Shown here piece after piece: positions 17,671 to 28,900 of a DNA stretch of 64,000 nt. The notes beneath the pieces were generated by a model. It ran no database searches. It saw only the letters and a list, made by a program, of their open reading frames with translations, and was not told the origin of the DNA. The stretch lies in contig CAZBLW010000002.1 of NCBI GenBank assembly GCA_964493305.1, positions 76,677-140,676 of the forward strand. The letters run 5' to 3'. Origin of the DNA: an uncultured Gammaproteobacteria bacterium (lineage in GTDB: Bacteria; Patescibacteriota; Patescibacteriia; S139-126). A program made the translations under genes and the position numbers. Every line of letters starts with the position of its first letter. Position 1 is the first letter of the stretch.

Positions 17671-19197
17671 ATGTCAGTAAACCTACTATCCGCTGCTTTA
17701 TTGGGATTGGATGGTATGTTGGTTGAAGTCGAAGCAGATATTACCGCTACTTCCTTGCCGGCATTTATTGTAGTGGGTTTACCGGATGCAGCTGTTCAAG
17801 AGTCACGGGAACGGATTAGAAGTGCTATAAAAAATTCTGGTTTTAAATTTCCACCCGCTAGAATCACTGTAAATTTAGCTCCGGCTGATATAAAAAAACA
17901 GGGACCTAGTTTTGATTTGCCAATTGCCTTGGCACTCCTGCGAGCCTCGGGTCAGTGTGAAGCGCAAAAAGACTTAAATTTGTTTATGGTTTGTGGAGAG
18001 TTGTCATTGGACGGTTCGCTACGACCGGTTACTGGTATTTTGCCGATGATTATCAGTTGCCAAGAAAAAGGTGTTCGTAAATTTATTGTGCCAGCTGCGA
18101 GTCAAGCTGAAGCCAAAATTGTTTCTGGTGTAGAAGTTTATGGGGTAGCCAATTTGCGCGAGGCAGTTGATTTTTTAACTGGGCAAAAAAATATTGAACC
18201 GGCTGTTTATGATCCCAATCCTCCAATTGGGGAAACTAAGTCAGTAGATTTTGCTGAGATTAAAGGTCAGGAAGTTGTTAAACGCGCTTTGGAAATTGCC
18301 GCTGCTGGCGGACATAATATTCTTTTATCAGGTCCGCCGGGTTCAGGTAAAACCTTGTTGGCCAGAGCTTTGGTGGGAATACTACCTGTGATGAATATAC
18401 CGGAAAGTTTAGAAGTAACAAAAATTCATTCAGTAGCTGGTTTGTTAACGGCTAACCACCCGTTGGTCAGGCAGAGAGTTTTTAGATCACCGCATCACAC
18501 TTCATCCTCTGTGGCTTTAGTAGGAGGCGGAGCAGCGATTAAGCCGGGAGAAATTAGCTTGGCTCATCGCGGAGTTTTGTTTTTGGATGAGTTTCCTGAA
18601 TTTCCCAGAAATGTACTGGATTCACTTCGTCAACCCTTGGAAGATGGTTTTGTCACTGTTTCTCGGGCCCATGGGAGTGTACAGTTTCCCGCCAAATTTA
18701 TGTTGGTGGCGGCTATGAACCCTTGTCCCTGTGGATTTTTTGGTGATCCAGTCAAAGCTTGCATTTGTACGCCGACGCAAATGTTGAATTATCAGAAAAA
18801 AATATCCGGACCTTTACTTGATCGAATCGATCTTCATATTGAAGTTACCCGAGTTGAATATGATAAATTAATCAGTTCAACCAAGAGTGAATCATCAACA
18901 CAAATATTGCAGCGGGTGACTGCTGCTAGACAAAAACAATCACAAAGATTTACTGGTAGTAAAATTTTTACCAATGCCGAAATGGGAATAAAAGATATAC
19001 AACGATATTGTGTAATGCCACCTGAGGGTAGTGAACTCTTAAAACAAGCAGTACAACAGATGCATTTGTCGGCCAGGTCATATCATCGTCTATTGAAGCT
19101 CGCTAGAACTATTGCTGATTTGGCCGGTGAAAAAAATATTGGATTTGCGCATATTGCCGAAAGTTTGCAATATAGACCAAAAGTAAGACAAATGTGA
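17671..19197 (+). CDS. comM: YifB/ComM family Mg-chelatase-like AAA+ ATPase
   Basis: N-terminal Lon-protease-like domain, Walker A GPPGSGKT, Walker B FLDEFPEF, and a C-terminal ChlI-like region. Confidence 0.85.
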   Translation: MSVNLLSAALLGLDGMLVEVEADITATSLPAFIVVGLPDAAVQESRERIRSAIKNSGFKFPPARITVNLAPADIKKQGPSFDLPIALALLRASGQCEAQKDLNLFMVCGELSLDGSLRPVTGILPMIISCQEKGVRKFIVPAASQAEAKIVSGVEVYGVANLREAVDFLTGQKNIEPAVYDPNPPIGETKSVDFAEIKGQEVVKRALEIAAAGGHNILLSGPPGSGKTLLARALVGILPVMNIPESLEVTKIHSVAGLLTANHPLVRQRVFRSPHHTSSSVALVGGGAAIKPGEISLAHRGVLFLDEFPEFPRNVLDSLRQPLEDGFVTVSRAHGSVQFPAKFMLVAAMNPCPCGFFGDPVKACICTPTQMLNYQKKISGPLLDRIDLHIEVTRVEYDKLISSTKSESSTQILQRVTAARQKQSQRFTGSKIFTNAEMGIKDIQRYCVMPPEGSELLKQAVQQMHLSARSYHRLLKLARTIADLAGEKNIGFAHIAESLQYRPKVRQM

Positions 19198-19264
19198 TGA
19201 TAGAGTCTGGAATTAAGAATAAAGAATCTAGAATCTTGAATAAATTAATTACAATAACTTAATC

Positions 19265-20587
19265 CTATTTGGTATAAGTAAATGGATTTACTTTGGTACC
19301 ATTGACGATAACTTCAAAGTGAATATGAGGTCCAGTAGACCAACCAGTTGAGCCGACTAAACCTACTACATCACCTCTTTCAACTGTATCACCAACTTCA
19401 ACCAAAACCTTTGAAAAGTGTCCCATAAGGGTTTTAATACCATTGCCGTGATTGATAACCACATTGTAACCGTAGCCATTACTCCAGCCAGCTCTTTCCA
19501 CCTTACCTGATTCTGGGGCATAAGCTGGATCGCCAGTATCACCATCTATATCTAGCCCGCGATGACGCCAACTGTAGTATTGGTTGATACGGCGAGATTT
19601 TCCCGGCCAAAGTAATTTATTTTCCATTTCCAAATCAGCTGCTCCTTCGGGAGTAGGAGTAGTGGGTGATAAAATATTTCTGATAGCTGTAACTGTGCTG
19701 GGTTTACTAGTAGGTATGGGTTTAGGTGCTGGTTTGACTCCGTCTGGAATAAAAATCTCACTACCAATAGCTAGAGCATTAGCATCCAAATTGGGATTAG
19801 CTTCCAAAATACTTAACTCATCAGCTTGATAAGTTTCAGCAATTTTTTTGATAGTATCATTTTTGGCAATAGTATAAACCAAACCATTTTGTGGTGGTAT
19901 TTTCAAAGTTTGACCAGGCTTGATAATTGAGTAAGTAGATAAATTGTTGGCCCACAAAATTGAAGAAACTGACAAGCCATAACTACTAGCAATCGAAGAG
20001 GCGGTATCTCCAGGTTGGACAACATAATCTTCAACCTCAGTTCTAGTGCGAGTTTGATCGGCAGCTATAATATTTTGCTGGACTAAAGCGCCACTGGGAG
20101 CAATAGCTAAATTGTTATCTGTTTGTTCGTCGGCTTCAGTTAGATTGTTACCGGATAGGGCAGTTTTTTCCAAATTGACATTGTCAGTGGCAATTTGTGG
20201 TTTTTGTTTGTCTTCAATAATTTCGTGACCACCAAATTCATCTTGAGCTAAAGTAAATAAAATACTTTGTCGGCCAAAATCTTCCCTGGTAGTTTCTTTG
20301 GCGGCTATGTTGTTGGTTACCACTGCCAGAGTCATCAGTAAAATGATAACTGGCGTGATCAATTTTTTGTTGAGAAAAATTGCCAGTTTATTATTGTGCC
20401 TTTGCAGCAGTTTAATTGTTTGGCGACTTAAGTAAACATAGACATGATATAGGTTGACTAGTAAATGTCGCCATAAAAAAATACCAAACCAAGTTATTGG
20501 TTTGTGCAACATTTTTTTGTATAGCCAAATAAAAATTTTTAGCAACCAAGAAAAAAATTTCAAGGTTTTAACCGAAGCTATAATCAA
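19265..20587 (-). CDS. Membrane-anchored LysM-domain M23 peptidase (peptidoglycan hydrolase)
   Basis: Two LysM repeats (YVVQPGDTASSIASSYGLS; YTIAKNDTIKKIAETY) and a C-terminal M23 domain (GLDIDGD...HFSKVLV...GPHIHFEV). Confidence 0.8.
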   Translation of the reverse strand: MIIASVKTLKFFSWLLKIFIWLYKKMLHKPITWFGIFLWRHLLVNLYHVYVYLSRQTIKLLQRHNNKLAIFLNKKLITPVIILLMTLAVVTNNIAAKETTREDFGRQSILFTLAQDEFGGHEIIEDKQKPQIATDNVNLEKTALSGNNLTEADEQTDNNLAIAPSGALVQQNIIAADQTRTRTEVEDYVVQPGDTASSIASSYGLSVSSILWANNLSTYSIIKPGQTLKIPPQNGLVYTIAKNDTIKKIAETYQADELSILEANPNLDANALAIGSEIFIPDGVKPAPKPIPTSKPSTVTAIRNILSPTTPTPEGAADLEMENKLLWPGKSRRINQYYSWRHRGLDIDGDTGDPAYAPESGKVERAGWSNGYGYNVVINHGNGIKTLMGHFSKVLVEVGDTVERGDVVGLVGSTGWSTGPHIHFEVIVNGTKVNPFTYTK

Positions 20588-20814
20588 TATATTTTTGAAT
20601 GACTGAGGTATATATTATGCCCCAAATCACGTTTTCAGACATATAATCAATACTAGTAGTAGCTTTTCCGGTCAGGCTTTTTTCAATATCCCTGAAACCA
20701 TGTTAATATTTTGACAATCAAAATATATCATAATTTATTTTGGCCATTTGGTCAATGGTCACGTGTTGAAAAAATAGTTTTTCAATGCTAGAGTGAAGTT
20801 GTTTTTATATACCA

Positions 20815-23283
20815 ATGAATAAGTATTATGATCACAAAAAAATAGAAGCCAAATGGCAACAGGCTTGGGAAAATTCCGCTGTGTTTACAGCTAGGGAAAA
20901 AAGTGACAAGCCAAAATATTATGCTTTGTGTATGTTTCCTTATCCTTCAGCTGCCGGACTTCACGTCGGTCATCCCGAAAGCTATACGGCTATTGATATC
21001 ATAGCTCGATTTAAACGACATAATGGTTACAATGTTTTGAATCCGATTGGCTGGGATGCTTTTGGTTTACCAGCGGAAAATTATGCTATCAAAGTGGGTA
21101 CTCCGCCTTGGCAAACTACTGCTGCTAGTATTGAAAATTTTCGGCGACAAATAAAATCTTTTGGTTTTTCTTATGATTGGTCGCGGGAGGTAAACACTTC
21201 GGATCCAAATTATTACCGTTGGACACAATGGATGTTTTTGCAAATGTACCATCATGGTTTGGCTTATAAAAAGCAAGCCAAGGTGAATTGGTGTGAAAAT
21301 TGTCAAACAGTACTAGCCAATGAGCAGGTGATAGATGGTCGTTGTGAACGTTGCCAGCACGAAGTACAACAAAAAGATTTAGCTCAATGGTTTTTCAAAA
21401 TTACAGACTATGCTGAAGAGTTATTGGCGGGACTTGATGATTTAGATTGGCCCGGACATATAAAAGTTGCCCAACGTAATTGGATAGGTAAAAGTGAAGG
21501 AGCGGAAATAGAATTTAGAATTCACCCTGTTAAATCCACCTTTGGTGGTGTAAAGCAATTTAACAGGGTAAAGAATGAAGAATTGAGTATCAAGGTATTC
21601 ACTACCAGACCGGATACTTTGTATGGAGCGACTTATATGGTTTTGGCACCGGAGCATGAGTTATTACAGAAGCTAGAATCAAGAATAAAGAATAAAGAGG
21701 AGGTCAATAAATATCTAGCTGCTACAAAGAAAAAATCTGATTTGGAAAGAACCAATTTAAATAAAGAAAAAACCGGAGTAGAATTGCAAGGTATCAAAGC
21801 AATCAACCCCGCCAACAATAAAGAGTTGCCAATTTTTATAGCTGATTATGTTTTAAGTACCTATGGTACCGGAGCAATCATGGCAGTCCCAGCTCATGAT
21901 AGTAGAGACTGGGAATTTGCCAAAAAATACAACTTGGAAATTATTGAGGTTATTAAATCAAAAAATAATTCCCCAGCTGATCAAACTGATTTATTTACTG
22001 GTCAAGGTGTTTTGATTAACTCCGGCGAGTTTACTGGTCTGGATAGTGAAGTGGCTAAAGAAAAAATTTCTCAACAGGTTGGTGGAATAATGCAAACTCA
22101 ATATCGACTCAGGGACTGGTTGGTTTCTCGGCAAAGGTATTGGGGAGCGCCAATTCCGATTATTTATTGTGATCATTGTGGCGAGGTAGCTGTGCCGGAA
22201 AAAGATTTGCCAGTACTACTTCCCCAGGATGTTGACTTTAAACCTACTGGCCAATCTCCTCTAGTTAGCTCTCAAGAGTTTCATCAAGTTGCTTGCCCAC
22301 AGTGTGGTAGTACAAAGAATGTCAGACGCGAGGTTGATACCATGGATACTTTTGTGTGTTCTAGTTGGTATTGGTTGCGTTATACTGATCCGACTAACTC
22401 TACCGCACCTTTTGCCAAAGACAAGACTGCTTACTGGTTGCCAGTTGATTTATATATAGGCGGAGCGGAGCATGCGGTATTGCATCTATTGTACGCTAGA
22501 TTTTTTACCAAGGCGTTGCGAGATTTTGGGTTTATCCAAATCAATGAACCATTTTTACGGTTACGCAACCAAGGTATGATTTTGGGCGAGGATAGTCAAA
22601 AAATGTCTAAATCGCGAGGCAATGTAATCAATCCTGATTCCGTGGTCGAGGAGTATGGTGCTGATACCATGCGTCTTTACGAAATGTTCATGGGCCCATT
22701 GGAAGATTCTAAACCTTGGTCAACTACAAGTATAATCGGTATGCGCCGATTTTTAGAAAAAATTTGGTTGGTGGTTGATGAGTGGATTGACAATGGTAAA
22801 CCCGCTACAGAATCAGTCAAACTAAATCGATTGTTTGCCCAAACTCTCAAGAAGGTAACTACTGATATTGAAAATATTAAATTCAATACTGCCATTGCAG
22901 CGATGATGATTTTGGTAAATCAAATGGCCAAAGCCAAATCTTTTTCGGTTGAAAATTTAAAAAGTTTTTTAATAGTTTTAAGTCCGTTTGCTCCTCATAT
23001 AGCTGAAGAGTTATGGGCTACAATTGGTCAGGCCGGTTTGATAAGTGAGCAAGTTTGGCCGAGTTGGGATGAAAAATTATTGCAAGTAGACAGTATTACC
23101 ATAGCCGTTCAGGTCAATGGTAAATTACGTGGTAATCTATTGGTTGCAACAAATACTAGCGAAGCAGAAATAAAGTCAGCCGCCAAAAATTTGGAAAATG
23201 TAGCAAAGCATATACAAGGCAAGCAGATTAAAAAAGAAATTTATATTCCCGGTAAGATTGTGAATATTGTGATTAAAGAATAG
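20815..23283 (+). CDS. leuS: Leucyl-tRNA synthetase
   Basis: HIGH motif (GLHVGHP), KMSKS (KMSKSRGN) and zinc-knuckle cysteines (CENCQT...CERCQH). 822 aa. Confidence 0.9.
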   Translation: MNKYYDHKKIEAKWQQAWENSAVFTAREKSDKPKYYALCMFPYPSAAGLHVGHPESYTAIDIIARFKRHNGYNVLNPIGWDAFGLPAENYAIKVGTPPWQTTAASIENFRRQIKSFGFSYDWSREVNTSDPNYYRWTQWMFLQMYHHGLAYKKQAKVNWCENCQTVLANEQVIDGRCERCQHEVQQKDLAQWFFKITDYAEELLAGLDDLDWPGHIKVAQRNWIGKSEGAEIEFRIHPVKSTFGGVKQFNRVKNEELSIKVFTTRPDTLYGATYMVLAPEHELLQKLESRIKNKEEVNKYLAATKKKSDLERTNLNKEKTGVELQGIKAINPANNKELPIFIADYVLSTYGTGAIMAVPAHDSRDWEFAKKYNLEIIEVIKSKNNSPADQTDLFTGQGVLINSGEFTGLDSEVAKEKISQQVGGIMQTQYRLRDWLVSRQRYWGAPIPIIYCDHCGEVAVPEKDLPVLLPQDVDFKPTGQSPLVSSQEFHQVACPQCGSTKNVRREVDTMDTFVCSSWYWLRYTDPTNSTAPFAKDKTAYWLPVDLYIGGAEHAVLHLLYARFFTKALRDFGFIQINEPFLRLRNQGMILGEDSQKMSKSRGNVINPDSVVEEYGADTMRLYEMFMGPLEDSKPWSTTSIIGMRRFLEKIWLVVDEWIDNGKPATESVKLNRLFAQTLKKVTTDIENIKFNTAIAAMMILVNQMAKAKSFSVENLKSFLIVLSPFAPHIAEELWATIGQAGLISEQVWPSWDEKLLQVDSITIAVQVNGKLRGNLLVATNTSEAEIKSAAKNLENVAKHIQGKQIKKEIYIPGKIVNIVIKE

Positions 23284-23485
23284 GATTATATTTATTAACC
23301 TAATTATTAATAGATGATTAACTGATGATATTAATTAGTTGTAAAATTTTCTAATTTTCTAATTTTTAATTTTTTAAATAAATCTAAATTTTTAAATTTT
23401 AAAATTAGAAATTATTTAAGAATTATAAAATTTAAAAATTAAAAATTCATTAGATATTAGTAATTAGTAATTTATAATTTTTATT
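23284..23485. repeat. AT-rich palindromic intergenic repeat cluster ('aattttctaatttt', 'aaaattagaaatt' family)
   Basis: Visible inverted and direct repeats of ctaatttt / aaaattag units with no coding potential. Confidence 0.5.
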
Positions 23486-24085
23486 TTGATGGAAATTATT
23501 GCTTTAAAAAAAGTTAATTTGAATGATTTGGTAAAAAGATTAAAAGCCGGCGAGGTGTTAGTTTTGCCCACAGAAACAGTTTATGGACTAGTGGCTGATG
23601 CTACCAATAAAAAAGCTGTTAAAAAAATTTATCAAATAAAGGGGAGAAATTTCAATAAACCACTGCCGGTTATTTGTTCCTCACTCGCTATGGTTAGGAA
23701 TTTTTTTTATTTGCCCAAGGTTTTAGCTCAATTGGCACGGGAGTATTGGCCGGGTGCTTTGGCTATTAGATTTACAGTCAAAAATAAGTTATTAAAAGTA
23801 AGCCCTGATAATACTGTAGTAGCTAGGGTGAGTAGTTTTACTTTGCTCACTAGCTTAGCTAAAAAGTTAGATCGTCCTCTGACGGCTACCAGTGCCAATT
23901 TAGCAGGAAATCCTGAGTGCTATAGTGCTCAAGCGGTCAGTAAACAATTTAAAACAAAAAAATATAAACCCGATTTGATTGTTGATGGTGGGGTGAGACC
24001 GGTTATTAAACCATCAACTATTGTCGCTTTAGAAAAAGATCAGGTGGTAGTACTGAGACAAGGAGAGATTAAAATAAATTTTTAA
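23486..24085 (+). CDS. tsaC: L-threonylcarbamoyladenylate synthase (YrdC/Sua5/TsaC family)
   Basis: VLVLPTETVYGLVADA and LTATSANLAG motifs of the YrdC fold. Confidence 0.75.
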   Translation: MMEIIALKKVNLNDLVKRLKAGEVLVLPTETVYGLVADATNKKAVKKIYQIKGRNFNKPLPVICSSLAMVRNFFYLPKVLAQLAREYWPGALAIRFTVKNKLLKVSPDNTVVARVSSFTLLTSLAKKLDRPLTATSANLAGNPECYSAQAVSKQFKTKKYKPDLIVDGGVRPVIKPSTIVALEKDQVVVLRQGEIKINF

Positions 24086-24157
24086 TTTTTAAATTTTATA
24101 ATTTTGTAAATAATTTTTAAAAATTCAAAAATTAGAAAATTACAAAATTGATAAATT
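24086..24157. repeat. AT-rich palindromic intergenic repeat (same family as 23284-23485)
   Basis: aatttttaaattttataattttg...caaaattgataaatt. Inverted-repeat architecture. Confidence 0.45.
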
Positions 24158-24979
24158 ATGGATATTTCCGCGGCTACAGCTTATTTATTAAAACAGTATA
24201 ATCTTAAACCCCAGCACAGTCGGGGACAAAATTTTTTAATAAGTGAAAAAGTTTATGAACAAATCATAATCGCGGCTGAGCTTACAAAAAATGACATTGT
24301 TTTAGAAATAGGACCAGGACTCGGATTTCTTACCAGTAAATTGTTGGATCAAGCAGGTCGAGTGATTGCTGTTGAATCTGATCAACGCTTACTGCCGATT
24401 TTAAAAAATTTACAGCCCTTGAGTCCACATTTAGAATTGATCAATCAAGATATTTTGCAGTTTGCAGAGCAATCATTACCTAAAAATTATAAATTGGTCG
24501 GTAATATACCATATTATATTACTGGTAAGATTATCAGAAAATTTTTAACAAGTGTAAATCGTCCTAGTCTAATTGTAATGTTATTACAAAAAGAAGTGGC
24601 GGAAAGAATTTGTGCTCAAGCAGGACAGCACAGTTTATTGTCTTTGTCGGTGCAATATTATGGCACGCCAAAAATAGTAGCCCGAGTAAAAAGGGGAAAA
24701 TTTTTTCCACCGCCTAAAGTGGATTCAGCAATTTTGAAAATTGTCATGGATAAAGATATTGACCAGGTGTTGGAAAAAAAATTCTGGCAATTGGCTAGAA
24801 TAGGTTTTTCCAGCAAACGTAAAACTTTAGCTCACAATTTAGTAGCCGGATTGAAAATAGAAAAAAATACGCTTGGAGAGATATTTAATAAATTAGAATT
24901 TAAACCCTTAGTTAGGGCGCAGGAATTGGATTTAAAACAGTGGCAGGAGTTGGTGAAAGAGTTGGGATATAGGAACTAG
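24158..24979 (+). CDS. rsmA: 16S rRNA (adenine1518/1519-N6)-dimethyltransferase RsmA/KsgA
   Basis: HSRGQNFL motif, SAM-binding LEIGPGLG, NIPYYIT motif. 273 aa. Confidence 0.85.
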   Translation: MDISAATAYLLKQYNLKPQHSRGQNFLISEKVYEQIIIAAELTKNDIVLEIGPGLGFLTSKLLDQAGRVIAVESDQRLLPILKNLQPLSPHLELINQDILQFAEQSLPKNYKLVGNIPYYITGKIIRKFLTSVNRPSLIVMLLQKEVAERICAQAGQHSLLSLSVQYYGTPKIVARVKRGKFFPPPKVDSAILKIVMDKDIDQVLEKKFWQLARIGFSSKRKTLAHNLVAGLKIEKNTLGEIFNKLEFKPLVRAQELDLKQWQELVKELGYRN

Positions 24980-25053
24980 GAGTTAGGGGTTAGGGATGGG
25001 GTAGTTTATTAATTATTTTTCTATATCCTAAATCCTATATTCTAGTTCCTAAT
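24967..25053. repeat. Long imperfect palindrome overlapping the rsmA stop codon
   Basis: ataggaactag...ctagttcctaat arms of at least 9 bp, with an internal gttaggg/cctaaatcc pair. The TAG stop of rsmA lies in the left arm. Confidence 0.5.
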
Positions 25054-25115
25054 TTTACTTTGACTATTTTGAAAAAATCTGTTATAATAAATATAAGAAA
25101 AAATATTTTTATCAT

Positions 25116-25889
25116 GTGGATAGAGCCAAAGAGTCGATTTTTGAAAAATTAAAAAAATATTTTGCAGTCCCTAAAAATCAAGGGAAGTTTTTTATTGTTT
25201 TTGGACTGATTGCTTTGATTTTTGGTGGTTGGCGGATAGTCAATACTATTCGCAGCCCATTTGTCATTGATCAAAATCAATTATTGGCCCAACAGCAAGT
25301 TCAGGATTCAGTGGAAAATCAAATTAAAGATTTAGCTGCATTGAGGGCCAAAGATACTGACAATGATGGTTTGTCTGATTATGATGAAATTTATATTTAC
25401 GGTACTTCGGCTTATTTGGAAGATACTGACTCAGATGGTTATGCTGATAAATTGGAAATTGAAACTGGCAATAACCCCACTTGTCCAGCTGGACAAAAGT
25501 GTTTAGTAGATAGCGCGGTTACGGCAACCTCCAGTGGTCAATCTATTAGTCCGACCAATTCCTTAGTGGATCCATATAATATTACGGCTGCTGAAATTAG
25601 ACAACTGTTACTTGCTAGCGGTTTGGATCAAGCCACTTTGGATGAGATAGATGACAATTCTCTACGCCAAATGTTTTTACAGGCCTATTTGGAAACAGAG
25701 AATCAAGTCGGTGCAGTTGGTGGTCAAAATGCCACCACTCCAGCTGAAAATTCAGATGTTATCATATCTTCCCCAGCTCAATTGCGCGAAATATTAATTG
25801 CCAATGGTGTGCCCGCTGAACAGGTCAATGCAGTTAGCGATCAAGAATTGATGGATTTGTATGAGGAAATTAGAGCCGAGGGTAATTAA
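25116..25889 (+). CDS. Membrane-anchored protein with Ca-binding Asp-repeat (thrombospondin-type-3-like) motifs (257 aa)
   Basis: N-terminal TM helix. DTDNDGLSDYDEIYIYGTSAYLEDTDSDGYADKLE repeats. First gene of the long + strand surface/T4SS-like block. Confidence 0.45.
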   Translation: MDRAKESIFEKLKKYFAVPKNQGKFFIVFGLIALIFGGWRIVNTIRSPFVIDQNQLLAQQQVQDSVENQIKDLAALRAKDTDNDGLSDYDEIYIYGTSAYLEDTDSDGYADKLEIETGNNPTCPAGQKCLVDSAVTATSSGQSISPTNSLVDPYNITAAEIRQLLLASGLDQATLDEIDDNSLRQMFLQAYLETENQVGAVGGQNATTPAENSDVIISSPAQLREILIANGVPAEQVNAVSDQELMDLYEEIRAEGN

Positions 25890-25906
25890 ATAAAATAAAT
25901 AAATAT

Positions 25907-28900
25907 ATGCCAAAAAATAAGCTAGCTAAACATCAGAAAAAATTTAAAGTCAGATCTTTGTTTTTAGTAATTAGCTTATTTTTTGTTTTGGCTGGATTTA
26001 GTTTACCGATTAAAAATATTTTTGCTATTGGTATTCCAGCACCAACTCCAACTATAGAGTTGGTTAGTAAACCACAAATTGAAGTATCAATCGGTGAGAA
26101 AATTTGGTTTTTTGTAGAGCGGGCGGCTAAGATAGTTTATAAAAATGCTTTGGATTATTTTTTGCAAAGAATGGCCTATGATACTGCTACTTGGTTAGCC
26201 ACTGGTGACAAAGGACAAAAACCGCTTTATTGGGAAGAAGGTATTGGTGCTTATATCAGAGGCATTGGCGATGAAGCCATTGGCAAGGGTTTAGATGAAC
26301 TTGCTCAAGGTACCTTTGGGGTGAGTTTGTGCGAACCATACAATGCCAATATAAAATTGCAGTTGATTTTACAAACCAAACAAGCTTTTGAACCGCAACG
26401 CGCCACTTGTACTTTCAATGATATTTTAAAAACCAAATTGTTGAATGTGAGTGTCAATGGCCAAAAGCCTGATTTGCGTTTATTGGATAGAGAAAACTTT
26501 CATCTTTTAGCTCAATATTTTAATCCCAACTCCAATGAATTGGGAGCGCAATTTATTTTGTATTCCAATATCAGTACCAAAAGAGCTGAGGATGAAAAAA
26601 TGGCTACTTTGATAAGATCAATTGAAGCTGATGTCAAAAGTTTAAAATCACCCATTGGTGATTTGGGATTTGAAGGTATTAAGACACCAGCACTTGATAT
26701 TAAAAATTGGTTGGGAGCAACAGCCGAAAAATCAGTTGATTCTGGTTGGACCACACTGACTGGTGATATTGCTGCTGATGCTTTGCGTACTTTTACCAAT
26801 ACTTTGGCCTCGAAATTCTTGCAACGTTTACAAAAGGGAGTGTTGTCAGGGAAAGGCGGTGCTACTGGTGGCGGACCGCGTGATTTTGCCAGTTCTTATG
26901 CAACCAGGGGAGCTGATACGAGTTACGCTGAATTTATTATTCCTTCTTTCCGGGGTGGGGGTAGTATTGACGTTTTGGGTAAACTGTCATCATGTCCACC
27001 AGAAAATCAAGCCCGGTTGTTTGATAATTGTATTATTGATAGCCGATTAGCCACCGCTATCGATCAAGGTTTGACTGTAAGACAAGCCATGGAACAGGGT
27101 TATTTGGATGCCAATAAACCTTTTGGTTTTTTGGCTGATGGTAGTGAACCTTCTTATACCAATGGTTACCCTTATCGCAGTTTGGTATTTATGAGAAAAT
27201 ACAGAATTATACCAGTGACTTGGGAATTAGCAGCTCTGTATATCAAAGACATAAACACTACCAATGATACTTTTACTCTAGCGCAAATCATGGGTACTCC
27301 GGGAGATAATTTTCAAGCTTTTAGTTCCTCGACTTCACCATTTTATCATTTGATTGATCCCAATTGGGTACTGAAATTACCAGAATACGAGTGTCGAATT
27401 GAAGGGCCAGGCCCGCAAGTAACACAAAGAATCAATGTCCAAGCTGAAGTGGCCGATGGTTTTGGTGGGACCATCACTGTCAATGAAGAATCTCTACAAA
27501 GATCTGATTATTGCGCTGACGAACAAACTTGTATTGCGCAAAACCCCAATGGTACTTGTCAAAAGTACGGTTATTGTACTAAAGAAAGAAGCACTTGGAA
27601 TTTTCAAGGACAAGCCTGTTCCCCGCAGTTTGCAACTTGTGAAACTTATGCCAATAGCAAAGGTGATAAGTCTTCTTATTTAGCTGCCACTTTGGAAACT
27701 TGTGATGCCTCACAGGTTGGTTGTCGTTGGTACAGTATGTACAAAACTCCGAGCGACTTTTGGGCCGATGATATTTGGAATCAAGTTGCCAATACTTTTG
27801 GAAGTGATAACCAAATTACTTTTGGTGATGTTTACAACCGGACAGATTTGGGTGATATAAGTTATGCCAGATATTTCAACAATCAAATTAAAACTTGTAC
27901 GGCCAAGGATGAAGGTTGTAATAAATTTATCGAACTAACCAATATCTCAGCACCGGATGGTTATGAAGCTACTACCCAATCAATTTTTCAATATGTCCAA
28001 AATAACCAAGGTGTTTATGCGGAAGCTGGTATTTTAAATTCGTATGGCGAGTGGGGTTTGGTACAAGAAAAAAATATGAAAGCTGCCCCCAGTTATCTCA
28101 ACTGCCCAACGGACATCAATGATCCCAATCGAGACTCTCGGTGTGACAATTACGCGCAAAGTTGTACCGCGGCTGAGGTTGGTTGTAGTTTATATACACC
28201 CATTAATGGTGATCCGCCCGTGCCAGCGGTATTGGGTAACAATGATTATTGTAGTGCATCTTGTGTTGGTTATGATCAATATTTGGAAGTACCAACTTAT
28301 TTTGAAAGGCGGGCTAACCCCGTAGCATCTCCAGTTATTGAAAATATTATCCCTGCTTCAGCTACCAGTTGTCGTTTGAGTGATGTGGGCTGTGAACAAT
28401 TTACCAATTTAGATGAAGTTGCTCAAGGCGGTGAAGGCATTCGCTATTTCAGTTTTATCAGAGAATGTATTTTGCCCAACGATCCGGCAGCCAAAGTTTT
28501 CTATACTTGGGAAGGTAGTGATACCTCTGGTTATCAGTTGAAGACTTGGCGCTTGCAATCTGCCGGTGGTGGAGCTCCCACGGGTGATAGTTGCGATCCG
28601 GCTGATGACCCACTAAATTGTCGGACTTTTATTGACGCCGAAGGTACCAGTTGGTCCAGAGATATTATGACCGTTACTTATGCCACTGATGATTGTCATC
28701 CGCTGAGACGAACAGTTGATTCCAGTGTTATTTATGGTATCGAGTCATTTAGTCGGTCCTGTCGGGCTGAAGCGGTGGGCTGTAAAGAATATCGGGGAAA
28801 TCAAGGCAATGTAGTGACCATTGTGGTAAATGATGATTTTGAATCAGGTACGAGTGAAGGTTGGATCAACGGCTTCAACTCCAGTGAATCGGTTTATGTG

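Noticed and set aside
20588-20814. Possible T-box leader upstream of leuS
   Set aside because: No AGGGUGGNACCGCG T-box sequence and no specifier-loop architecture is visible. Only an ordinary promoter-like region.
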